Origin: a virus | Strand: one strand, 5' to 3' | DNA: 42,166 nucleotides | IMG/VR virus record: IMGVR_UViG_3300045988_017219 | In this document: positions 32,570-39,413 of the stretch, in pieces | How the letters are laid out: the number at the start of each line of letters is the position of its first letter | Position numbering within the stretch: position 1 is the first letter of the stretch | The notes under the pieces: generated by a model | The model's database searches: none | What the model was told of the DNA's origin: nothing | Seen by the model: the letters and a program-made list of their open reading frames with translations, nothing else | Position numbers and translations under genes: made by a program

Positions 32570-33157
32570 TTACTCCTTTTTCTGCCCGATATATCCGAAT
32601 GCACCATTTTCAGCAGCGGCCCTTCCGGCCCTGTAGTTGATCTTCAGGTCGTCAATGGGAGGATGCGGAGCGTCCGGGCATGGGTCAAGGCCAGCAATCT
32701 GCGCATAGGTATACTGGTCTATGATGGTCCCGCACACGCTGACCCGGTTGTTGAGTGGGCAGTGCAGGTTTGCTGCCATCTCGGAGATCACCGCAGGCGG
32801 ACTGCTGCCGTGTCGGCCCTTCAGAATGAAAAGCAGCAGTCGCTTCGTGATGGGCGGCAGAGCCCTCATCAGCAGATGCAGCTCCCGATCTACAGAATCT
32901 TCCAGCCTTTCGATGTCGGAAACCGCATACAGATCTGGGTGCATCATCTCCATAAACACGGTGATGGGGGACACCCCACATGCTGTGCACCAATCCATGA
33001 CCTCGTCACTGTCCGGGCTGGTGCAGCCTTTTTCCCAGCTCTGTACCGTCCTCTCACCCTTCTCGATGAGCCTTGCGATCTCCACTTGGCTCAGGCCGGC
33101 AGATACCCTGGCCTTTGCAAGCGCTTTTCCAATCTGGGTTGCCGTAAAATAACTCAT
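32570..33157 (-). CDS. XRE-family HTH protein with an unknown C-terminal domain, co-oriented with int
   Basis: ATG at 33157. The HTH is GKALAKARVSAGLSQVEIARLIEKGERTVQSWEKG. There is a 3-nt gap to the int start. Confidence 0.7.
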   Translation of the reverse strand: MSYFTATQIGKALAKARVSAGLSQVEIARLIEKGERTVQSWEKGCTSPDSDEVMDWCTACGVSPITVFMEMMHPDLYAVSDIERLEDSVDRELHLLMRALPPITKRLLLFILKGRHGSSPPAVISEMAANLHCPLNNRVSVCGTIIDQYTYAQIAGLDPCPDAPHPPIDDLKINYRAGRAAAENGAFGYIGQKKE

Positions 33158-33197
33158 ACTTTCGCCCCCATAAAACCAACGTGTTTTTAACAGAAAA

Positions 33198-33220
33198 TGG
33201 CGCAGAAAAAATCTGCGCCA
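33198..33220. promoter_or_regulatory. Perfect 9-bp inverted repeat TGGCGCAGA-AAAAA-TCTGCGCCA (operator or hairpin)
   Basis: Read directly in the divergent intergenic region. Confidence 0.4.
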
Positions 33221-33260
33221 TTCGACAAAAAATATCCGTATTTTGTTTTCCAACGGCGCA

Positions 33261-33269
33261 TGGTAGAAT
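33261..33269 (+). promoter_or_regulatory. Extended -10 element TGgTAGAAT
   Basis: Read directly upstream of the small + strand ORFs. Confidence 0.4.
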
Positions 33270-33315
33270 TTGGAACATAAGACATAAATGTGCACAAAAG
33301 AAAGGGGAAAACAAA

Positions 33316-33426
33316 ATGGATTTTGAGCAAAGAAATGGTAAAGAAACCGAAATGACCATCATCGACGGTATGCCCGCCACCGTTTTGACCGGAACCGACC
33401 GCACACCACAGCCTTGGGAGGATTGA
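33316..33426 (+). CDS. Hypothetical 36-aa ORF
   Basis: RBS-like AAAGGGGAAA. Short, with no homology evidence. Confidence 0.3.
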   Translation: MDFEQRNGKETEMTIIDGMPATVLTGTDRTPQPWED

Positions 33427-33428
33427 CT

Positions 33429-33653
33429 ATGGAGAAGATGAGCCACTTTTGCACGCACATTCGCGCCGCGCTTGCCTGCTACGTTGATATGACTCCGGAG
33501 CAGCAAGCCCTTGCCACCATGTACGCCGCCCGCAAGATCAATACACTGCACGCATTACATATGACGGCCAAAACGCCCGGCGGCGCAGAGACTGGAGCAG
33601 GAGAATTATTGCAAAAATTGCAACAACTCGATGAAACCTATCAAAAAGAGTGA
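33429..33653 (+). CDS. Hypothetical 74-aa protein
   Basis: RBS GGGAGG 8 nt before the ATG. Confidence 0.5.
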   Translation: MEKMSHFCTHIRAALACYVDMTPEQQALATMYAARKINTLHALHMTAKTPGGAETGAGELLQKLQQLDETYQKE

Positions 33654-33665
33654 TGGGCAAACCCA

Positions 33666-33694
33666 TTGACTGCAACAACATGAAGTTGTATAAT
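33666..33694 (+). promoter_or_regulatory. Near-consensus promoter TTGACT-17 nt-TATAAT firing antisense into the 3' end of 33711..34424
   Basis: Read directly. No + strand ORF lies downstream for about 800 nt. Confidence 0.6.
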
Positions 33695-33710
33695 GCGGTT
33701 GTAAACAAAC

Positions 33711-34424
33711 TTACATACCAAGCAGCTGAGATTTCTTTGCTGCGTACTCATCCTCGGTAATGGCACCAAGGTCAAGAAGCTGCTTGAATTTCAGCAGTTC
33801 ATCCGCAACACTTCCAGCCGCCGTTGTCGGTTGCGCGGCCTTTTCCTTCCCAGAGGCGCATTCCTTCAGAAACTCCGTGGTGCCGCCGGGGTACTTCTGG
33901 ACCGGAAGGACCTGCTCTCCCAGAGGGAGCTCAAAGCGGATAGAGACATTTTCCTTGCTGCGTCCCTTCCGGGTCTCACTTTTGGCGGTGGAAGCGCCCA
34001 CGATCGCACCGACGGGCCCGGCAACGGCAGCGCCTACCACAGCACGGCCAATGCCGCCAACGGACTGCGTGACCATCACGTCATCCGCATCTGATTCGTA
34101 CCCGGCGACCTCATCAAAGCTGTAGATCACGCGCGGGCCTTTGTCGCCGCTGCGGTGACCAAAGAAAAAGAGGCGATTGCTTTTGTCGATGGACACAAAA
34201 AGCGCATCTCCATCATAGATGGAATCTGTCTCCTTGAACGCCTTGCGGCGGCCTTCCAACGTAGCCCAGTAATCAGCAAGGGCGGCTGTCGGTTGCTTTG
34301 CTGCTCGGATGCCCAATTTTGAAAAGAAAAAGTTGCTGCAGCTGGCGCAAATCAAGCCGTCAGCGCTTTTCTCACGGTTCAGAAGGCCTAGCTTGCCGCC
34401 GCAAACAGAACAGGCATTTGCCAT
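33711..34424 (-). CDS. Zn-ribbon (DUF4428-like) + glycine-zipper segment + C-terminal SHOCT-domain protein
   Basis: ATG at 34424 with RBS GAGGTG. The N-terminus is CSVCGGKLGLLN...DGLICASC. A Gly/Ala segment reads GGIGRAVVGAAVAGPVGAIVGA. The C-terminus ADELLKFKQLLDLGAITEDEYAAKKSQLLG is the SHOCT signature. Confidence 0.75.
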   Translation of the reverse strand: MANACSVCGGKLGLLNREKSADGLICASCSNFFFSKLGIRAAKQPTAALADYWATLEGRRKAFKETDSIYDGDALFVSIDKSNRLFFFGHRSGDKGPRVIYSFDEVAGYESDADDVMVTQSVGGIGRAVVGAAVAGPVGAIVGASTAKSETRKGRSKENVSIRFELPLGEQVLPVQKYPGGTTEFLKECASGKEKAAQPTTAAGSVADELLKFKQLLDLGAITEDEYAAKKSQLLGM

Positions 34425-34514
34425 AATAAGCACCTCACATATACAAAAACAGGCAGCCAACCAGCTGCCGGAAAACTAAGTTGTCAACAAACTTTTTTAA
34501 AGGAGGAAAAGAAA

Positions 34515-34667
34515 GTGCAAGAAAATAGCACAAAGTTTGCAAAACATGATATACTGGAAGAAAAAGAGTCGCACGACAAACTTGTGCGTCTTGCCGCCAG
34601 CGAGGTTCTTTCGCTATCTGAAAAGCAACTTCAAGAAGTCATTCGGAGGTTCTATGCTGTTTTGTAA
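34515..34667 (+). CDS. Hypothetical 50-aa ORF (GTG start) in an AT-rich island
   Basis: A strong SD AAAGGAGG lies 8 nt before the GTG. The ORF is below the track cutoff and was translated by hand as VQENSTKFAKHDILEEKESHDKLVRLAASEVLSLSEKQLQEVIRRFYAVL. Confidence 0.4.
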   Translation: MQENSTKFAKHDILEEKESHDKLVRLAASEVLSLSEKQLQEVIRRFYAVL

Positions 34668-34809
34668 ACTGAACATTTTGAAGCAAGACGAGGACGGAAA
34701 ATGGTACAAGCCCAAAAACCAGCACCGGATCCGGCGCTTCTTCGTTTACGATATTTTCTATCGCTTTGTCTGGGCGGCCGAGTGGTTCCTATTTGAAAAG
34801 TACCGGTAA
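34654..34809 (+). CDS. Hypothetical 51-aa aromatic/hydrophobic ORF
   Basis: GGAGG lies 4 nt before the ATG. It overlaps the previous ORF's end and the 3' end of the convergent gene. Confidence 0.3.
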   Translation: MLFCKLNILKQDEDGKWYKPKNQHRIRRFFVYDIFYRFVWAAEWFLFEKYR

Positions 34810-35112
34810 TACATAATCAGAAATCAGATTTACCAGCACCGGAATCAGGAGCAAAGTGACGATGCCGCCTGCTATTTTCATCAGCCAGGAAAACTGGTTT
34901 GCGTTGCGTTCTCGCAAAAATTGCTTTCCGGCTTCGGTGATTTGCAACCCGGACTGCATGAACCCCGTTGCAGACGATTCTGCAAAGCCAAGTTCTTCAA
35001 GCGCCGTAGCGTCTTGAAACAGTTCTTTTGTCCGTTCAACGCCACCGGGATATTCCCGATCGAGGGCTTTCAGCAGTTTGAGCTCTTTTCTATTAAGATG
35101 TATTATACTCAC
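34789..35112 (-). CDS. Small protein with a soluble N-domain and a C-terminal TM anchor, co-transcribed with the CI-like repressor
   Basis: Its start overlaps the CI stop. The C-terminal hydrophobic segment is IAGGIVTLLLIPVLVNLI. Confidence 0.6.
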   Translation of the reverse strand: MSIIHLNRKELKLLKALDREYPGGVERTKELFQDATALEELGFAESSATGFMQSGLQITEAGKQFLRERNANQFSWLMKIAGGIVTLLLIPVLVNLISDYVLPVLFK

Positions 35113-35477
35113 TCTGGAAGCTCCTTTTTAACTGCCTGAGCAATCCGAACAATTTTCATAATGTTTTCGTCATCCATGCCCTCCAGCGCTTCCAGCAGCG
35201 CCCGGCGGGCTGGTGACAATTTTTCAAGCTCAATGCCATCTAAGGTATTGAGCTTTTCTTTTTGCGCTGGCTCTTGGCCCATGAGATCCTCAATAGAAAT
35301 TTGCAAAAAGTCGGCTACCAACAATAGCTTATCTTTCGGCGGATAACGCTTTCCGTTAGCCCATTTCCCAACTGTTCCATTGGCGAAGCTCAAGTCTTTT
35401 TCCATTTTCGTGATGGAACTATTTCTGCTTTTGCACGATACACGAATAAATTCTACCAACTCCGGCAAAGAACGCAT
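35109..35477 (-). CDS. CI-like XRE-family repressor
   Basis: The HTH is ITKMEKDLSFANGTVGKWANGKRYP. It is divergent from the Cro-like gene across an operator-bearing region. RBS GGAGGA. Confidence 0.8.
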   Translation of the reverse strand: MRSLPELVEFIRVSCKSRNSSITKMEKDLSFANGTVGKWANGKRYPPKDKLLLVADFLQISIEDLMGQEPAQKEKLNTLDGIELEKLSPARRALLEALEGMDDENIMKIVRIAQAVKKELPE

Positions 35478-35499
35478 AAAAAATTCCTCCGATAGCCTA

Positions 35500-35536
35500 A
35501 TTTTCTATTGACAACTAGAAAATCAGGCTATATAAT
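35500..35536 (+). promoter_or_regulatory. Consensus promoter TTGACA-17 nt-TATAAT with the flanking inverted repeat ATTTTCTA/TAGAAAAT (operator)
   Basis: The -35 box is at 35508-35513 and the -10 box at 35531-35536. The inverted-repeat halves lie at 35500-35507 and 35516-35523. A third ATTTTCTA lies at 35639-35646. Confidence 0.65.
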
Positions 35537-35678
35537 AGAGAACGTAAGGAGCAAACAAAACCAAAAGCCCCTGACAACATTATATCGGGTGGACGCTAGA
35601 TTTTATTCACTTTGTACCTCGCAACTACATAGTAGCATATTTTCTAGTGATTTTCAAGCCCGGAAAGGAGAATTGCTA

Positions 35679-35894
35679 GTGAATGTTTCAAAAATCGACC
35701 AGTTTTGCAAGCTGCACGGGCTGAGCCGCACCGATCTGGAGGCGGCGGCAGGCCTGAGCAACGGCGCAATCGGCAAGTGGGAGCGCTCGATTTACGGGCC
35801 CAGCCTTTCACAGCTGCTCAAGCTCGCAAAGTATTTCAAAGTCACACTGAACGAGCTTGTGGTCTACGATGAGGAAGGAGGAAAACCTGAATGA
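35679..35894 (+). CDS. Cro-like XRE-family HTH regulator
   Basis: RBS GGAAAGGAG lies 8 nt before the GTG at 35679. The HTH is HGLSRTDLEAAAGLSNGAIGKWERS. Confidence 0.75.
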   Translation: MNVSKIDQFCKLHGLSRTDLEAAAGLSNGAIGKWERSIYGPSLSQLLKLAKYFKVTLNELVVYDEEGGKPE

Positions 35895-36151
35895 GCCAAA
35901 ACAAAAAGCCCAGCGAACCTGTGGAAGAGGAACGCCAGGCAGAACTTGACAAGGAAGTTGAGTATCAGCTTCGACAAATCGTTTTGACCATGCGGTCATT
36001 TTCTCGCATGGAAGAACGACAGAGAAAAATCAATCGTGAACGTAATGCAGAATACCGGAAAACCATCATAACGGCAATCGTTTTTCAGAGCATTGCATTT
36101 GCGTTTATGATTGCATCTCTTATTACGACAGTTGTAAAAGCAGCGTTATAA
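35891..36151 (+). CDS. Tail-anchored membrane protein, hypothetical
   Basis: ATGA overlap with the cro-like gene. It has a charged N-terminus and a C-terminal TM segment (IITAIVFQSIAFAFMIASLITTVV). Confidence 0.55.
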   Translation: MSQNKKPSEPVEEERQAELDKEVEYQLRQIVLTMRSFSRMEERQRKINRERNAEYRKTIITAIVFQSIAFAFMIASLITTVVKAAL

Positions 36152-36440
36152 GAGTGACGACAAAAGAAGCACCGCCAAAAACGGCAGCTACAACCCCGGC
36201 AATGACTGAAATAATCGTTAGCTTGCGGTTTTTCTTATTTTCTTTCGCCTGTTCTTTCAAATCTACTTCATATCGTTCCAGCAGCTTTCTCACATCATCA
36301 GCATTTTGCTGTTGGATTTGATACAGCGTCGGTTTCTGCGGGTCGATTGGATTTACACAAGCGTTTTTGCCAACGTTCAAGGTACGTTCTAATTCGTCTG
36401 CACGCTGGTCGAAGTATTCCCACTGATTCATTTTTTTCAC
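36123..36440 (-). CDS. Tail-anchored membrane protein, hypothetical (convergent; its 3' end overlaps the previous gene by 29 nt)
   Basis: It has a charged N-terminus and a C-terminal TM segment (IISVIAGVVAAVFGGASFVVTLITLLL). Confidence 0.6.
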   Translation of the reverse strand: MKKMNQWEYFDQRADELERTLNVGKNACVNPIDPQKPTLYQIQQQNADDVRKLLERYEVDLKEQAKENKKNRKLTIISVIAGVVAAVFGGASFVVTLITLLLQLS

Positions 36441-36499
36441 CCCCTCCCTCTCAAGTATAGCACAGGAGGGGCAGAGTACAAGGAGGACAAAACAAGACT

Positions 36500-37252
36500 A
36501 TGACAGACATCATCTTATCCACCCAGAACGGCGAGCCGGTAGCATCCAGCCGCCAGATCGCAGAGAGCTTTGGCAAGGAACACAAGCACGTTCTCGCAGC
36601 AATTCGGCAGATTTTAGTGGACGAAAATTCGGCCACTAAATTCTTTCACGAGACATCGTTCGAGTATCGCGGTAAGAAGTTTCCGGAGTACCTGATGAAC
36701 CGCGACGGCTTCAGCCTGCTGGTCATGGGCTTTACCGGCAAGGCCGCGCTGGAATGGAAGTTGAAGTACATTGCGGCGTTCAACGAGATGGAGAAGAAGC
36801 TGGCCACTCCGCAGATGCCAAGACTCAGCAAGGAGATGCAGGCGCTTTTCCTGCTGGACGACCGCACCCAGAAACAGGAGCAGCGGCTCACGGCGCTGGA
36901 GAACACCATGACGGTGGACTACAACCAGCAGCGCGTACTGCGTAAGAGCATCAGCCGGTCGGTGATCAGCGCCCTGGGCGATGAGAAAGCGCCGGCCTAC
37001 ATCGACAACCATGTGCGCAGCAAGGTGTACAGCGAGTGCAACCACGATGTGCAGGACTGGTTCCGGGTAAACAGCGTGGGCAACATCCCCCGAAAGCGCT
37101 TTGATGAAGCCGTGGAGTACATCCAGCGCTGGAAGCCCAGCACCAACACCGTGATGCTGATCCAGCAGACCAACGGCCAGACGAGCCTGTTTGACCGTGC
37201 CTGCGCCCCGGCGGGGCGGCTGATCGACTCAGAAGTGATTGCAAGAGGGTAA
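36500..37252 (+). CDS. Rha-family regulatory protein with an ORF6C-like C-domain
   Basis: RBS AAGGAGG. VASSRQIAESFGKEHKHVLAAIRQI...YLMNRDGFSLLVMGF...WKLKYIAAFNEME is the Rha signature. Confidence 0.8.
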   Translation: MTDIILSTQNGEPVASSRQIAESFGKEHKHVLAAIRQILVDENSATKFFHETSFEYRGKKFPEYLMNRDGFSLLVMGFTGKAALEWKLKYIAAFNEMEKKLATPQMPRLSKEMQALFLLDDRTQKQEQRLTALENTMTVDYNQQRVLRKSISRSVISALGDEKAPAYIDNHVRSKVYSECNHDVQDWFRVNSVGNIPRKRFDEAVEYIQRWKPSTNTVMLIQQTNGQTSLFDRACAPAGRLIDSEVIARG

Positions 37253-37262
37253 GGAGGACACC

Positions 37263-38048
37263 ATGAGTGAGAAGATCATCGCCTACAAGGCCATGGACAA
37301 AAATATGCAGTGCCGTGGCAAGCAGTACGAGGTGGGCAAGACCTACTATGAGGACGAGGCTGACTGTTGCCACGCTGGTATGCACGCCTGCGAGAACCCG
37401 CTGGATGTGCTGTACTACTACCCGTTGAGGAATGGCCCGCGCTTTTTTGAGGTCGAGTGCGGCGGGAACGTGGATAAAAGCGAAGAGGACAGTAAGCTGG
37501 CCTGCACTGAGCTGACGGTGAAAGGTGAGGTGAATTTTGCAGGGCTGGTAAAAGCTACGGTGAATGCCGTTTTTAATCGGGTGAAGGGCAAAGAACCTTT
37601 TTCCAGCGGCAATTACAGCACGGCGGGTTCCAGCGGCAATTACAGCACGGCGGGTTCCAGCGGCTATTCCAGCACGGCGGGTTCCAGCGGCTATTCCAGC
37701 ACGGCTGGTTCGAGCGGCTGTTACAGTACGGCTGGTTCGAGCGGCGATTACAGTACGGCTGGTTCGAGCGGCTGTTCCAGTACGGCTGGTTCGAGCGGCT
37801 ATTACAGCACGGCGGCAGCCACTGGGTCTTATTGCAGCGCAAAAGCAGACGGCAAAGATAGCATTGCCGTTGTAAACGGTGCTTGCGGTAAGGCGTGCGG
37901 CGCACTGGGCTGCTATCTGGTGCTGACCGAGTACGATGATGACGGCAATATGCTGCTGGCCAAAATGGCAAAGGTTGACGGAGCCGTTATCAAAGAGAAC
38001 ACCTGGTACACCCTCAAAAATGGCGAGTTTGTGGAGGCTGCACCGTGA
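37263..38048 (+). CDS. Phage protein with a conserved N-domain (CRGKQYEVGKTY...CHAGMHACENPLDVLYYY) and 9-aa tandem repeats
   Basis: RBS AAGGAGG. The N-domain resembles a widespread uncharacterised phage family (DUF7666-like, from memory). The centre is SSG-x-YSTAG x8. Confidence 0.65.
   Translation: MSEKIIAYKAMDKNMQCRGKQYEVGKTYYEDEADCCHAGMHACENPLDVLYYYPLRNGPRFFEVECGGNVDKSEEDSKLACTELTVKGEVNFAGLVKATVNAVFNRVKGKEPFSSGNYSTAGSSGNYSTAGSSGYSSTAGSSGYSSTAGSSGCYSTAGSSGDYSTAGSSGCSSTAGSSGYYSTAAATGSYCSAKADGKDSIAVVNGACGKACGALGCYLVLTEYDDDGNMLLAKMAKVDGAVIKENTWYTLKNGEFVEAAP
37602..37817 (+). repeat. 27-bp in-frame tandem repeat x8 (SSGNYSTAG variants)
   Basis: Read directly. The units start at 37602, 37629, 37656, 37683, 37710, 37737, 37764 and 37791. 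Confidence 0.9.
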
Positions 38049-38162
38049 AGAAGCACTACAACAAGCGTTGGCTTGAACAGCGCTGGGATGCAAGGCAGCC
38101 GGAGCGGTTGGAGCATATCCGGCTGAAACGGCAGCTGAGAACAAAAAAGGAGGTGGACGATA

Positions 38163-38399
38163 ATGAAGCCGAACATGGGAATCGCAGAGTGCGTCCAGAT
38201 TCTTCGGGACAACAACATCTCAAAGACCGAAAAGGTCTTGAGAGCGCAGATCCAGGCGGGAATTTTCCCGGAGTGGTCAAAGCCGTCCGTAGGAACAAAA
38301 GAGCCTTGCCCTGACATCTCCCGTGCCAGGTTTATGGCGTGGGTGAAGGATTTTTACAAGCTCGAAAAGGTTTATACAAAGGAGGATCCGAAAGAATGA
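38163..38399 (+). CDS. Hypothetical 78-aa protein
   Basis: RBS AAGGAGG 8 nt before the ATG. Confidence 0.55.
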   Translation: MKPNMGIAECVQILRDNNISKTEKVLRAQIQAGIFPEWSKPSVGTKEPCPDISRARFMAWVKDFYKLEKVYTKEDPKE

Positions 38400-38680
38400 A
38401 ACTCAAATCTACTACTTACTACTGGTTGGCTGTCGTTTTTGGCGGCGTTGGAATGGGCGCAGCTATGGGTGCAGAGGGCACCGCGCAGACCACCGGATAT
38501 ATCTCCAGCACACTGTTTGCGGTGTCGCTGGTGCTGATTTTGGCCGCCGTTCTGCTGGCTCGTCTGGGCTTTGCCGCAGAGGACAGGGAGAGAGCCGCAA
38601 AGCGGCGCAAGTACGGCAAGATCAACCGCGCCCACGCCCGCAACCCGGAATACCCGGAGAATCAGGAGCGTGGGGCATGA
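38396..38680 (+). CDS. Two-TM membrane protein, hypothetical
   Basis: ATGA overlap with the previous gene. Hydrophobic segments are YYWLAVVFGGVGMGAAMG and LFAVSLVLILAAVLLA. Confidence 0.6.
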   Translation: MKLKSTTYYWLAVVFGGVGMGAAMGAEGTAQTTGYISSTLFAVSLVLILAAVLLARLGFAAEDRERAAKRRKYGKINRAHARNPEYPENQERGA

Positions 38681-38886
38681 TGACGGCCAAAGAGTACGTT
38701 GAGGGCAAAGTCAAATCCTACACGCGGCTTGCCGAACGCTGCAGGCGAGAAGCCGAAGCCTCAGATGACATTGTTGTCCGGGCCGGATACTCCGCACGGG
38801 CAAACGTCTGGGAGATGTGCGCCGAAGAAATGGACAACGTGCGGGAGATGCTGCAAGAGGAGTCCGGGGAGATCACGTATGCCTGA
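38677..38886 (+). CDS. Hypothetical 69-aa protein
   Basis: Overlapping start and stop (translational coupling). Confidence 0.5.
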   Translation: MMTAKEYVEGKVKSYTRLAERCRREAEASDDIVVRAGYSARANVWEMCAEEMDNVREMLQEESGEITYA

Positions 38887-39172
38887 CACTGTCCTCCATG
38901 TCATGTGGTACACCGTGTACGATGCCAAGACCGGAGACCTGATTGCCAGCGGTACGTCTGAGATGTGTGCCAGACGGCTGGGTTACAAAACCGCAAACAG
39001 TTTTGCGTCCGCAAGCAGCCACAGCCGCAACGGCAGGCGTCGGGCTCGCAAGTACATTTTTGAGAAAGAGTGCATCCGACGTGATGAGGTGGACAGTCTG
39101 CCGCCGATACGCCGCAAAAAAATAAGAGCCTGCCAGTGCGCCAACACGGACAAGCTCAAGGGTGATGGTTGA
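38879..39172 (+). CDS. Hypothetical 97-aa basic protein
   Basis: The internal ATG at 38879 overlaps the previous gene's end. Confidence 0.45.
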   Translation: MPDTVLHVMWYTVYDAKTGDLIASGTSEMCARRLGYKTANSFASASSHSRNGRRRARKYIFEKECIRRDEVDSLPPIRRKKIRACQCANTDKLKGDG

Positions 39173-39215
39173 GCCCCATCACCACAAAAATAACACAAAA
39201 CAGGAGGTTTTACAA

Positions 39216-39407
39216 GTGGCGCTTTTGCAGATCTATGACGGGCTTGAAAACCCGCCGAAACTTTTAGAGAGACACTCTGCGCAGACAGTGGGAGAGCTGG
39301 TCCGACAGGCGGATGCGCTGTCCGAAAAGGAACACGCGCAAGGTTATCCCCGCAATACCTACATCGTATATAACAACGATGGTGAGAGAGTTTATCAGAG
39401 GTGGTGA
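39216..39407 (+). CDS. Hypothetical 63-aa protein (GTG start)
   Basis: RBS AGGAGG 8 nt before the GTG. Confidence 0.5.
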   Translation: MALLQIYDGLENPPKLLERHSAQTVGELVRQADALSEKEHAQGYPRNTYIVYNNDGERVYQRW

Positions 39408-39413
39408 ATATTT

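Noticed and set aside
35508-35894. Long 128-aa version of the Cro-like ORF starting at TTG 35508.
   Set aside because: That start coincides with the -35 box of the promoter. The N-terminal extension has no RBS and reads as junk. GTG 35679 has a proper SD.
37602-37817. Tandem repeats (27-bp here, 18-bp at the contig ends) considered as a possible CRISPR array.
   Set aside because: The units are contiguous with no spacers, are in frame within ORFs, and encode peptide repeats. No cas genes are present.
38045-38314. 89-aa GTG-started ORF overlapping 38163-38399.
   Set aside because: It overlaps, out of frame, a gene with a perfect AAGGAGG-8 nt-ATG signal, and its distal half looks non-protein-like. 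The first 35 or so codons could still be a real short gene, so this is unresolved.
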